DNA of 63,092 bases, filler included, from Lenisia limosa (Eukaryota > Protista > Breviatea): NCBI GenBank assembly GCA_001655205.1. It is 9 parts of 9 records of this genome, joined end to end, with 100 filler letters (N's around TTAATTAATTAA, not from the genome) between each part and the next. Parts side by side here need not be neighbours in the genome. Positions count along the whole stretch, not along the records: positions 19,736 to 42,244 come from LPNZ01010460.1; 8 more parts are not named here. One strand, given 5' to 3'. The notes beneath the pieces were generated by a model. That model worked only from the letters and a program-made list of their open reading frames with translations, was not told the origin of the DNA and made no database searches. Shown here one piece after another: positions 24,240 to 35,781 of this stretch (position 1 is its first letter; the number at the start of each line of letters is the position of its first letter). The translations under genes and the position numbers were made by a program.

Positions 24240-26954
24240 CTATATGAGGAACTCACACACTGCTGCTCGCTGACTGAGAGCGTTAAACCAATATCACGTT
24301 CTTTTTTTTTTATGGAAACTATGACAGTATGAGCTTATTTTACCAATAATCACTTATTGTACAAAAGTTGATTATTAGGATAAATAATGTATCTATTTAC
24401 AGCTTGAAACCCCACAAACGTGGAAATTTCTAACGTGTGACATAGACTCGTACTGGCAGACACAAATATCCTAAAAGTTCAAAACACAAAAATAGAGGAA
24501 AAACAAGTGTCGGGGAAGGGAAGAAAGCTAAAACTTCATATGAAAAGTACCATTCATAAATAGCTGAAAACAATGACTCCTTTCCTCTTACCCTTCAGTT
24601 AATGATGGTTGTGAGGTACCCCACCTAGATATTTAGATAATACAATTTAGAGTTACAAAAAAAACATAGTAAATATATTGATTGAGGAAATATATCAATG
24701 GACTGGAATAAATCTACAGCAATGAGAAATGAAAAATAGGGGTGTATCTGGCCGAAGCTGTCCACACCATCACGCTTATAATAAGAGATCAGATTATAGT
24801 ATAATATTAATCCCCAATNNNNNNNNNNGCCTCCCTCCTCCCCCCCCCCCCTCTGTGCACACAGTTTTCATACATGGATGGGACATAGAAATCTTATCCT
24901 CAAATAATAATACCAACATACACTAATTCCGAAAATGGAGTAGTGAATACTGCCCCATTTGCAACAACAATTCCATCGTAGGTTGTCCACACAGCACCCT
25001 AAAGTTGTTATTAATGGTCATCCGACTAAATCTTGTTTAACAAAGAAAAAATAAACCACATGGTTGAAACAAGGTTTTGCAAAAAGAAATGTATATAATA
25101 AATAGGCAGTAAGAGAGGTAACATAATGATAGACCGGATCCCCTACAAACAGTTCCAGTGACACCTGTGAAATAGTCGTAATTTGCAAGTTCTCTGATTT
25201 TGGACATGTCATTCAGAGTGAAAGGGACTGCAAGATTGCCTCCTAGTGGGATTAAAAATGGAAAATTTAAATGATGGACAGAATCACTCTGTTGGCTCAG
25301 CATTTGGAAAACACAAGAGGGTTGAAAATAACAAAGCCCAGAACAGTCCTGTACACTATGCGCAAGACATTTTTTGAACAAAAACGATAATCTCAAAAGC
25401 TGTAACCCTCTCCTAAATCAGAAATTGGGTGATACGGTTTGATATTGGAGCACCTACGTATGGCGTACCTAAGCCAATGCAATAATCACGGGCAGTTACA
25501 TAGTCTCCTCCTGACGTTGTGTAGCCCACATAACAGGCTCCTCGGGAAGAGAACCTATGAAGATTGTGACAATAGTATATACATGTAGAGATGAGAATAA
25601 AGAAAAAGGTTTAAATATCTGGCCGAAGCCGTCCTCAAAATCACTCATTGGAGATATTGAATAATATAAATTAAAATAGATATCCCCGTCCATAAAAACC
25701 GGTGCTTTTTGGATAAACCTNNNNNNNNNNNNNNNNNNNNNNNNNNNNNNNNNNNNNNNNNNNNNNNNNNNNNNNNNNNNNNNNNNNNNNNNNNNNNNNN
25801 NNNNNNNNNNNNNNNNNNNNNNNNNNNNNNNNNNNNNNNNNNNNNNNNNNNNNNNNNNNNNNNNNNNNNNNNNNNNNAATAAACAGTTGTTTGAGCTCAA
25901 ACCCCAAGTCAGACAACCATTTGCGAACCCCACATACGATTGGCATCCCTAAATAATGATATTTGTCTTGAAAGGTATGGGGTTTATGTTAACCAGAGCT
26001 TACCAATTTCAGGGTATCAATATCCTTTTTTATTGTGGTCTGAAGCGGTTAATAGCAACACACAAAAGAAACCCAGGTGAGTTTTAAAGTATTCAAATAC
26101 TACTCCATTTCACTCATTCATAAGATGTGGAGGGGTGGTGAAGCAAGTCGGTGGTGAAGAATAAAATGAAAAGAAAGGGAGATTTTGCGGTATCATACTG
26201 ATGGGTCTTGGTCTGCACTACCCCGTTACCATGTTACTTTTGAGGTCCTCAATGTCGGAGAAGACGGACTCCATAGCCACGCCTCCGACCTGGGAGTGAG
26301 GAGATAAGTCGATATAAAACAAAGTGATATCGAAGCCGTCCACACCATCACGATTCTCAGAGTATCATTAGTGTGTTCATACAAAATAATATACATTTGC
26401 ATATCAGATACATCTATTTACTTAACATATAACAACAAAAATAACTTAGATTCCCTAATATTATATGAAATAAATCGTAAATATGGATAATTATATATAT
26501 ATATATATAATATGATATGCTGGTCCGCTGAAGTAAAAAAGCAATCAATGGTAAGCAAGAAGAGAAATGGTATTGGTGCTTGGAGAATCCCAACAAAATG
26601 CTATGGTTATTGATTACGCAACACCATTCTCCTCAACCAACAGTTAATTTGTCAATATGTATCCGATCATCAATGACAGATACGTACCTAAAGATGTGTG
26701 AAAAAAAAAAAAACAAAGGGGNNNNNNNNNNNNNNNNNNNNNNNNNNNNNNNNNNNNNNNNNNNNNNNNNNNNNNNNNNNNNNNNNNNNNNNNNNNNNNN
26801 NNNNNNNNNNNNNNNNNNNNNNNNNNNNNNNNNNNNNNNNNNNNNNNNNNNNNNNNNNNNNNNNNNAGATGACGAATGAAGGCGGCTTCCCGCAATCCCC
26901 TTACCCCGATATCAATGGCACTAAAATCAGCAGTAGAACTAAAACCTGTCTCAT
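24240..26954 (-). CDS. Secreted protein with a C-type-lectin-like domain
   Basis: Signal MRQVLVLLLILVPLISG (ATG 26954). Exons QVGGVAMESVFSDIEDLKSNM; FSSRGACYVGYTTSGGDYVTARDYCIGL (CY..A..YC pattern); GAVWTTYDGIVVANGAVFTTPF; final WFNALSQRAAVCEFLI*. The CTL call rests on partial motifs. Confidence 0.5.
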
Positions 26955-27087
26955 TTTCCTTTAGATTAGAGAGTTAGGAAAAATGCACAGGGGGCAAAAT
27001 GCTGAAAAAATATAACGTGGGGTAACGGGAAAAATAAAAGAGTAATTAAAGATACTTAAGAAAGTGTCAGGTTTTACAAAACAGAAG

Positions 27088-29901
27088 ATGGAGGCGTTCC
27101 TACGAGTCATCTTACTATGCATTCTACTTGCTGGACTTGCTCATAGTGAAAACATGTAGGAAGAAGGAGGAAAAGAAGTTGAAGCGAGAAGTTGTATTGT
27201 GCCCCCTCCCTCCCACTCCCTTTCTCTTGTCTGTCACTTCCAAACCTTTATGTAATTCCTCTTAGAATGATAAGTTCCTCAGGAGTAGAGGTGCCGAACC
27301 CAACGGTGGCGAATTCCCCGACAACAAAGGAATATGTAGATAACCTTGTTGATAGTTTGAAGGTGAGTAATCCTATTTGTTTGAGCAAATATCCCATTTT
27401 CTCCCTTTTTAATCGTCAACAAAGGAAGATATGGTTTATTTTACTAAATTGGGATTTTTCATTTTGCTAACTCGCTAATAGGTTCAGGGAGATGAAAACT
27501 TTTCAAAGGATAGCAGTTTATCCTCCTCTATAAAAAATATGATGGCGAAGTCTAAGCTTTATCATTATGAATATTCGCATCATTGACTACCAGAAAGGGC
27601 AAATATTTTACCGGGTGTTCTTATCTTGTTTAGACTGAATTTACTCTTGACCTGTTGAACAAAGTTCAAATGCTTGAAGAAGAAATTGAACGGGTTTGCT
27701 GAGTTATATCTTTTAATAATATAACTAAAGTTGCATTTTCGTTTGACTTCTCATTGTAGTAGTTTCAAGGTTTTATCGGTTTAATTAATTGATGCTGATG
27801 TTGATGTTGGACACACACAAACATATGATATAGTATAGACTGACCGCGATAAGATCTGGCACGGACATTGAGCTTTTTCTTTTGGCAATCGTGTCAGAAC
27901 TTATCGCGGTCACCGTAAAATAGTATATATAAAGATGTAACGTTTTAGGTTAAGTGTCATCGCACAATTTACTCATGTGGCGAAATCGACAAACAATGTT
28001 GGATGGATATGGAAATGCCTATTTCTTCAAAATGGAAGTTTGGCTATTCATCCCCCAGGTGCTTCCGGTTTATACAATGTCACCACCACGGATGGTTCTG
28101 AGATTTTTGAAGTCTACTGCGATATGGACTCTGAAAATGGACCATGGATGATGGTCATGGCCTATTCAAATGTAAGGAATGGAGGGGAATAATGACGCAG
28201 CTTTATAGTATCATTTTCACGTAGTTCTTCACTTCGGTTCGAAAAAGACTGAATTTCTCGATAAATCCTCGAAAAATCCTCGAAAACTATCGATATGTTC
28301 GCGGTTTTTTGTTCGAACCGAAGTGAAGCCCTAGATGCACGTGTTCATTTGAGCACAGCACGTTAGTGCCTTCACTAAAACATAAACTTGGCTATGCCAA
28401 GTTGTATTTCTCATCTCGATATAAACAAGATTCGATTCACTCCGTAGCCCGGCCTAGATGAATTATACGTTGAGCTTCCGGGCTTCCCTAGCTTCACTAA
28501 TCGCACCATGGGTTTGTGGATAGTCCATGGCTTTCTTTATATTATTTCCCGTTTTCACAAAGATCCTGTGTGGTCCTTCTCTTTAAATGTCATTTCGTCA
28601 CACCTTCAGGATCCTCATCTTTTGGCCAGTCAGACTGGGGTCAGGCGACAACAGCCAACATTGCCAAATTTTCGCCATCATCCGTGCGTTTCTTCTGCCA
28701 AACATCAAATGTCAATCGCATCATTCATTTCATGTGGGTACATGGTGTATCACTACGCATCGATTTCACTTTGGTTCGAAAAGTCCCGTAAATTATCGAT
28801 AGTTTTCGAGGATTTGTCGAGCAATTCAGCCTTTTTTTGAACCCAAGATTCATTATGTGCTTCACTACTCCGAATCTCTATGACCCTAGTTTCAATAGAG
28901 ACTTTACTGCAAACTAACTTCGGATCGGTGTGGTTTTAACGCTTGCTTCCCTACGGTCCGAAAAAACATTGTCAATCTCGATATTTTGTGGAGGATGTAT
29001 CGAGACATTTACTCTTTCGGGACCGCAGGAAATGACACGCACAAGGTGTAACTTGATTTTTTGCAGTAAAGTCTCTATTAAAACTAGGATCATAAAGGTC
29101 TTGGGGGGAAACCTAAGGAAGGGAACAAAACGCATACTTCTTTTTATGCAATATAGGACCTCAGACAGCGCAATCATGAACTATCTGTTTAATGGTGCGG
29201 CCTCCTTCCCATCAACGTTTCCGGTTTGTAGCAATTTGAATTCTGTCTCAGAGCACATCAATAAGAAGACATTATCAATCCAATCATTCCATGAATGGAA
29301 TACCCCCCTCCAACCCTCGTGTAGAGTTGATTTGGGCTTTTTTGTTCCCATACATTTTCCATTTCACCTGGAATTTCAGATTATTCGGTTAGTGATTAGT
29401 ACCTTTACGCCAATATTCTTCATCAAAATTTCCTTCGTTTTACACCCTCCACCAATGCCAACACACATGAACTAATCATGCAGTCAACCTTTGTAGCAAT
29501 GGCTGGGCATTCTGGCTATCTTCCTGCCAGCTCCGTCGCCACCACCGTCAGGGTTGAAAGGCTAAATAGCCACCCGTTCTATGTCGGAGGAACATACCAT
29601 TGGAATGCAGGGTTCGGAGACCCAGCAAGGTGGGCACAGTGACTACAATAAGTTCCTCTATGATTAAAAAAAGAATATATTTCTCGATAAATCCTCGAAA
29701 ACTATCGATATTTTACCAGTATTCGAACAGAAGTGAAGTCCTATCTATGATATTTGTATTTCTTATCTCATTTGCATCATCGATATGCAAATTGAGTTCC
29801 AGTATCAAAATGGATTTAATCGCCGCAGATGGGAATGTGATGACTACGTAGTTGCTGATGGTTACAATGCAAACACCCAGCATTACGTCTGGGTTAAGTA
29901 A
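27088..29901 (+). CDS. Secreted protein with short coiled coil and fibrinogen-like (YCDM..GxW) domain
   Basis: Signal MEAFLRVILLCILLAGLAHS; LDLLNKVQMLEEEIER; SGLYNVTTTDGSEIFEVYCDMDSENGPWMMVMAYSN; RIIHF|MTSDSAIMNYLFNG; GHSGYLP...HPFYVGGTYHWNAGFGDPAR|WECDDYVVADGYNANTQHYVWVK* (TAA 29899-29901). Confidence 0.75.
28222..28333. mobile_element. MITE family A copy
   Basis: cttcacttcggttcgaaaaagactgaatt...ttcgaaccgaagtgaagccc-ta, in a fibrinogen-like gene intron. Confidence 0.85.
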
Positions 29902-29974
29902 ACGCTGGGTCATGTCAATAGCTGATTCATCATGTGACCATGTGATCATGTAGAGGCTTATAATATTTATCATC

Positions 29975-30573
29975 CTTTGTTTTCATTGGTGTGGAGAGTG
30001 TGAGATTTGGCTTGGATGAGCGATAGGGCCTTTTCTACTGTAGAAAGGGTTCTGAAAAACTGAAAAGTCAATTGAAAAATTGATGCAGAAATTGTAATAC
30101 CTGTAACACCCNNNNNNNNNNNNNNNNNNNNNNNNNNNNNNNNNNNNNNNNNNNNNNNNNNNNNNNNNNNNNNNNNNNNNNNNNNNNNNNNNNNNNNNNN
30201 NNNNNNNNNNNNNNNNNNNNNNNNNNNNNNNNNNNNNNNCTCTCACCTCAAATACACTTGAAATACATAAAGATGATAGGCAGAACACAAGCAGAACACC
30301 AACGCAGTGCCTGCACTTAAAGAAGACACCATTGAGAAACTAACAACACACCACCAGAATTTCTCTGTACCCCGTTTCTCTGTACCCCGGACGTTCCCTG
30401 GTATACTTCCTTCGGGCTGAAGAGCCCCGGGGGTATTTCGGGAAACCACAATGACTCCGTTTTGTCCGTTTTGTCTGTCTGTCAAGTCCGTTCGGTCTGT
30501 TTGTTGCCTTCTTCAGATGGCAAATGCAAATCACCTGGCAGTGTTGGATTTATTACTCTACCCAACATAGCAT
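29975..30573 (-). CDS. Possible small spliced gene divergent from the radical SAM gene
   Basis: Exon-like pieces LWFPEIPPGLFSPKE (GT donor) and VEKALSLIQAKSHTLHTNENKG* (after a CTACAG acceptor); an N gap lies inside; no complete reading frame could be built. Confidence 0.25.
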
Positions 30574-30637
30574 TTATTGTCTTTAACAGTCTTTTTGCTT
30601 ACTTCATTCACAACCTTCCGTAACGCCTTTCCCTCCA

Positions 30638-33600
30638 ATGTTTACCCTCGGATCCACCCTTCCGCGATTACTGCTGTCAAGAGCAGCATCAAGATTCGCA
30701 AGCTGTTCACCCCTCTCCGCCCACTCCAATCGCCCCATCTGTTATTTCAATAGGTGCGTGTTTTACTTTTCAGTATCAAATGAAGGTTTCTTATTTTTCC
30801 AGCCCTTTGAGACAATACTCTGCCCCACAGGCTCAATTGAATAACATTGACAACCTTCGAGCTTCACTGGTGCTGGTGGGTGGATGAGCTTAGAGGAAAT
30901 TTTGTATAGTATATCATATTTAGTAAGGCGGGATATAACTACTACACTCAATATCGCTCTATGATGTAATATATTAAGGAGCTTTACATCACTCTCATTG
31001 CATTTGGTAACTCTGATGTGCTAAGAGTCGTTCGTTAACATTCTCAGGTGAGTTTGCATTCCATGATGCGGAGTGATATTGAAAGCTCCGGACCATCTTC
31101 AAGTGAGCCCCCTTTCTTTTTCTTCTCCAATAAAAATCAGCAATTTTGTTTTGTTTATTTTCGTCGTATGCCAATTATGTACATTCGTAATGTTCTCATT
31201 TCGTATTTCACAAAAACTTTTAACTTTTATAGCTTTCCATAATACAACCTTCACAAAAATCAAACAACATTATTTTTCTTCCTCATCTTGACATACTAGA
31301 AAGCATTCCTCGTCTTTCGTTGCTTTCATTTTGGTTTACCCTCACCTCTCACTATCAGATTCGTCGTCGTCCCCAGCCCTAAGTACCGCCTGTCTTCTCA
31401 CTGCTGCAAATGGCACTGCGGGTAGGAAGGAAACTTTTGTAATCAGAGCTTCCATTAGCACTCCAAAGTGTGTTTTGATAATTCCCGAATTTTCAGCAAA
31501 GCCTAATACTGACCTAGTTGTTGATGTTACTGCCTCCATTGAATATATAACCAATCTCCCTCATTAAAACAATGGTTAACGGCGTCAGTCTGATATAACG
31601 TTTGATTATCTAATTTCTCTATTTTTACCATTTTCACTCCTCCAGTGAATATTGAACGTTCACTCAGTTCTACGAGTTATTCTTCTGATGAGGTTGCTGA
31701 CGAAATAATGCGAAAGGGGAATAACCCTTTATCAATAATCGGCTTTGGTTGGTGGGCATAATAATCAAAAGCAGATAATCAGATTACAAGTAGTTTTTTT
31801 AATTTCATCTTCGCTTCAGCGATGTTATATTCACCTTCTAGGTGTTTACGTGTACAATGAGAAGGAAGTGCGGGAAGTTTCGCAGAAGCTTCGAGAGAGG
31901 GGTTTCCAGGGATCAATCTGCTATGGAGGACCAGAGGTTTGTGAAACGTACATCACATTCAGTGTCTTATGATATTCATTGTTTAAAAACTGTTTTTCCT
32001 GTTATGTGCTGAATTCTGAAGGTTACATTAAAAACTCCCTCTAACATCTTTTAATTTCTTCAGATAACTTTCAGCGAAGAACATCTACCAACTTTGTACC
32101 CCTTCTGTGACTACTTTGTGAAAGGGTTAGCTTTTACTTCAATTCTCCATTATTCCTGAATTCCTATTGCTCATGTTTGTAATGAAAAGATGAGCCCTTC
32201 TCTCTTACGCTGTAGAGCTGGAGAACCCTTTATGAAATGGGCTTCCGAGCGAACTCTTTACCACAACGCAACTGCCGCTATGATGTGGCCAAGTAGCAAG
32301 GTGAATATGGACTTAGACTGGTGCATATGACATTCCAAAATTTCCTCATTTTGGGCTTCATTACATTTCTCTTTTTTATTTCTACCGTATTTACGACATC
32401 CTAGTCAACGGAGCTCATTTCCACCCTTCTCAAAAAGCCTTCCATGTCGTTGCCCGCGGGTACTCTCACAAGGACGTCTCCAGATGTTATTAGAGGTACG
32501 AATGAGTGTTATTATTAGGGCTTCCTCAAAGACCAGCTCTCGAAAAATCAAATCTGTTTTAGACCAAGATGCCCAAGTTATTATCAAAAGGATTTTGTCA
32601 ACGTTTTGATAAATATATGTTTTTTTTTTGGTAGAGTTTGTTTTTTGTTTACACTTTAATTTTTATTGCATTCTGTTTGTGGGATATTGACTCTCTAGCT
32701 GGTTCCAACTACCGGTTCGAAGATTCGGCTATCCTTTCTGGACACCAAACAAAGGGCTCGCATCAATACATGGAGTTCAAAAGCGGATGTCCATTTAGCT
32801 GCTCCTACTGCCAACACCACAACCAGTAAGCTAATCTTGTTTATCAAACCTAAATAAAAGCTCAAACCTAAATAAAAGCTCAATTATCTTTACTTCTATT
32901 TTAGTCAGCACTGCCGCCACTTTTTGATGTTCTTTTATTCATATAGTATAGATCATTTATTATCTCTTTTACGCAGTCATTTATCAGTATTAAAAAGAAG
33001 TTGTTTTTGGATACGTCATTGATAAATATCGAAAGTTTACATGTCATTATCAAACTAAAGTCTCACCATTTATCACTAATTTTTTTTTGAGGAAATTGAT
33101 TGACAAATTAAAGTGTCTGGAATAGGGTTCTCGTTACAATATGTTCGACTTCAAATTTGAAATAAATTATTCAATAAATTGAACGGAGCCCTAATAATAA
33201 TGCCCTCAGGGACGAAATCGTGACCTCCAAATCGTTTGAGCAATCCCGTGCCGAAATTGACTTCATCTTCTCCAACAACATCCCAAAGAGAATCAGTGTC
33301 GTGGATCCCGTGTTTAATATGTTAGTGTGGGAATGATGCTTACTTCTTATGCTCCATTGCGATTATATCATTTTTCTTCTTATCTGGGTCACTTTTGAAA
33401 TACAATCAATTTCTAAAGGTTATCAGTTCTACTGTTTGATGAAGGCATACTATTGATATACTATTGATAAAGATAAATTTATTATCATTGTATTGTATGT
33501 CTGAGTCATCCCACTTACCGAATAGGGGAAACTATATTGAAGTGTTTTCGGAAATGATTCGAAGCAAAAAAGTTAGAGAGAAATCACTCCTCGGTGTTTG

Positions 33601-35750
33601 AATGTCTAATTTTATTATACTTTTTGTTTCTGTTTCTTTATGCTCAAGTCTTTAGGCCCATGCCCCTGAGAAAACCACTGAACTAAGCCTGCAAGTGAGA
33701 CCCGAGAGAATTAAAACTGCTTTCATTGACAAGCTTCTGGAGGTGGGAACACTGCTATATCAATGCAAAAATGTTGGCGCATATCCACTTGTTATATGAT
33801 ATCATATTATATTTGCAGGTTTTATGACAGTAGCAAAGGAATAATTCGTTATTTTGACTTCCCCACACTAACAATCTTGCGTTTCATTCACACGCATAGG
33901 GAATGGCAGTTGGACTGGAACCTGTGGTTGAAATTGGCGTCCAAACCCTGGTCAAAAAGGTTGGGTTTTTTTGAATAAGAAATAATGCTGCTACTACATT
34001 AAAATAGGGAAACAAATACATAACCAGTGATAAAAAACAAATTACCATACTTTCCGCAGTTGGGAGCCTCTTCTGATGGTCGGGTTTGGATTTTTAGTCT
34101 TTGTTGACAGAAGTCAATTGGCCAAAAGGCTGGTGCAACAAGCTTATAAGATCTGATGACTAATAATTTGAAACCAACTATTTACCTTTTTTTTTCGGAA
34201 AATCATCAATTATTTTTTTTATAAAGAATATAAATTTGGCAAATATTAGTTCGTACTATGATATAAAAGACCGTTTATTTTCTGTTCCTTTGTAATGGTG
34301 TTATAAAATGTCATTGTTCAGGAAGCCCGTGAACTTGACCGATCATACCGATCTTCCAGTTTACAGAAAGGTGTGGTCCTTCTCAGCAAGGCTAAAATTC
34401 CTTTCGAGGTAAGCGTTAAATCTATCATTTTGGATATACCAGTTCATGTTAAGCGTTGTTTGAATTTAAAAAAATTATATGATATATATTTATTCACAAA
34501 GGTGTCTCTGATGTACGGCTTACCTCATCAAACAGTGGACTCCTTCAGGGAAACAATTGAGGAGGTTAAATCTTGGAAGTAGGAAGAAATAACTATAATA
34601 TTATCTGATATAATATATTATATATTCTACTATGGTATATTAGTATATATTAACAATCAATATATCATATTTCATATATCATGTATGTCTACGTGATGAT
34701 AGGGGAGCTGAAATGTCATATAGATATTGATATACTACTTGATATCATATTAGTATAGATACTATTACTATTCTAAATTACGTTACTTTTTTATTTTACA
34801 TGCTCTACACATTATGGGCTCTAACCGTTTAGCCCGAAAAAAGTTCTTGCTTTTCCGCTCATGCTTACCAGAGGTTCTGAGCTATACAAGCGAAAACAGG
34901 AGGTGGGAGGTCCATTCGCAGACGTCCTCTTTACCAGTGTTATTTAGCTCAGATATGAGAACTTAATATCATACGATTGAGAATGTGGATAGTTAGCATA
35001 ATTATTCCAGTAGCGATTGTTTGACTATTTAGCTTCAGCTCTTTGATGAAGTAGACGTGGTTCACGAGAGCAAAGCTAATACTGGTAGGTTTCCCGTTTT
35101 GGGTTATTTTTGTTGGTATTATTGTTATTGGGGGATTTTACCATTGACTCTGACGCCACTACTTTATTTTCGGGATTAGCCCTCCCCCGTTACTGCAGAA
35201 GCTTGGTTCGTGCTTTGTTCGTTTTTGTTTTCAACCCTCTTGTGTTGCAAGACAATAGAGATTTTGGCTTTTTTTTTTTTTTTNNNNNNNNNNNNNNNNN
35301 NNNNNNNNNNNNNNNNNNNNNNNNNNNNNNNNNNNNNNNNNNNNNNNNNNNNNCATGTCAGGAATTGCTCATGTCACTTCAAGCCCTTCGTTCACCAGGT
35401 AGGATGATACGTTGGTCGTTTCACGGTGAGATGTATGAGACTAGTTTCTAGCTTCTCCATCCAATGTGGCAAGCAAGCTGGTGTCCCCCCCCCCCCCAAN
35501 NNNNNNNNNNNNNNNNNNNNNNNNNNNNNNNNNNNNNNNNNNNNNNNNNNNNNNNNNNNNNNNNNNNNNNNNTTGCCTTGGGTCTCTTATCGTGGACCCC
35601 TGTGGGATAGGTATTTAATCGTTTATTTCAGGCTAGTTTATTTAATAATGTATTTAATAGATTAAAAAAATGAGAAATAAAAAAGGTAAGCCGTCCACAC
35701 CATTTAGTCCCCAGAAGATTATTGTGGGAGCTCAATATGAACCAACTCTA
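30638..35750 (+). CDS. Cobalamin(B12)-binding radical SAM enzyme (class B), predicted mitochondrial presequence, at least 17 exons
   Basis: Phase-consistent GT-AG exons. N-terminus MFTLGSTLPRLLLSRAASRFASCSPLSAHSNRPICYFNSPLRQYSA. B12-binding Rossmann motifs SPALSTACL, IIGFGVYVYN, ICYGGPE, CDYFVKGAGE. Radical SAM MEFKSGCPFSCSYC (CxxxCxxC at 32788-32811), VVDPVFN, LQVRPE, EIGVQTL, SLMYGLPHQT, FPLMLTRGSEL. The 3' end past about 35400 is approximate. Confidence 0.88.
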
Positions 35751-35781
35751 GAAGTGAAATCAGTCTTAATCAACATGGTGC

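Noticed and set aside
28914-29973. Apparent minus-strand gene with several in-frame TGAs (29130-29260) and CPPCWVSEPC
   Set aside because: The plus strand gives coherent fibrinogen-like exons ending WVK*; these are antisense readings.
31342-31554. Minus-strand ORF MVIYSMEAVTSTTRS... overlapping the radical SAM gene
   Set aside because: Antisense shadow of radical SAM exon 4 plus intron; the plus-strand exon phases are consistent across it.
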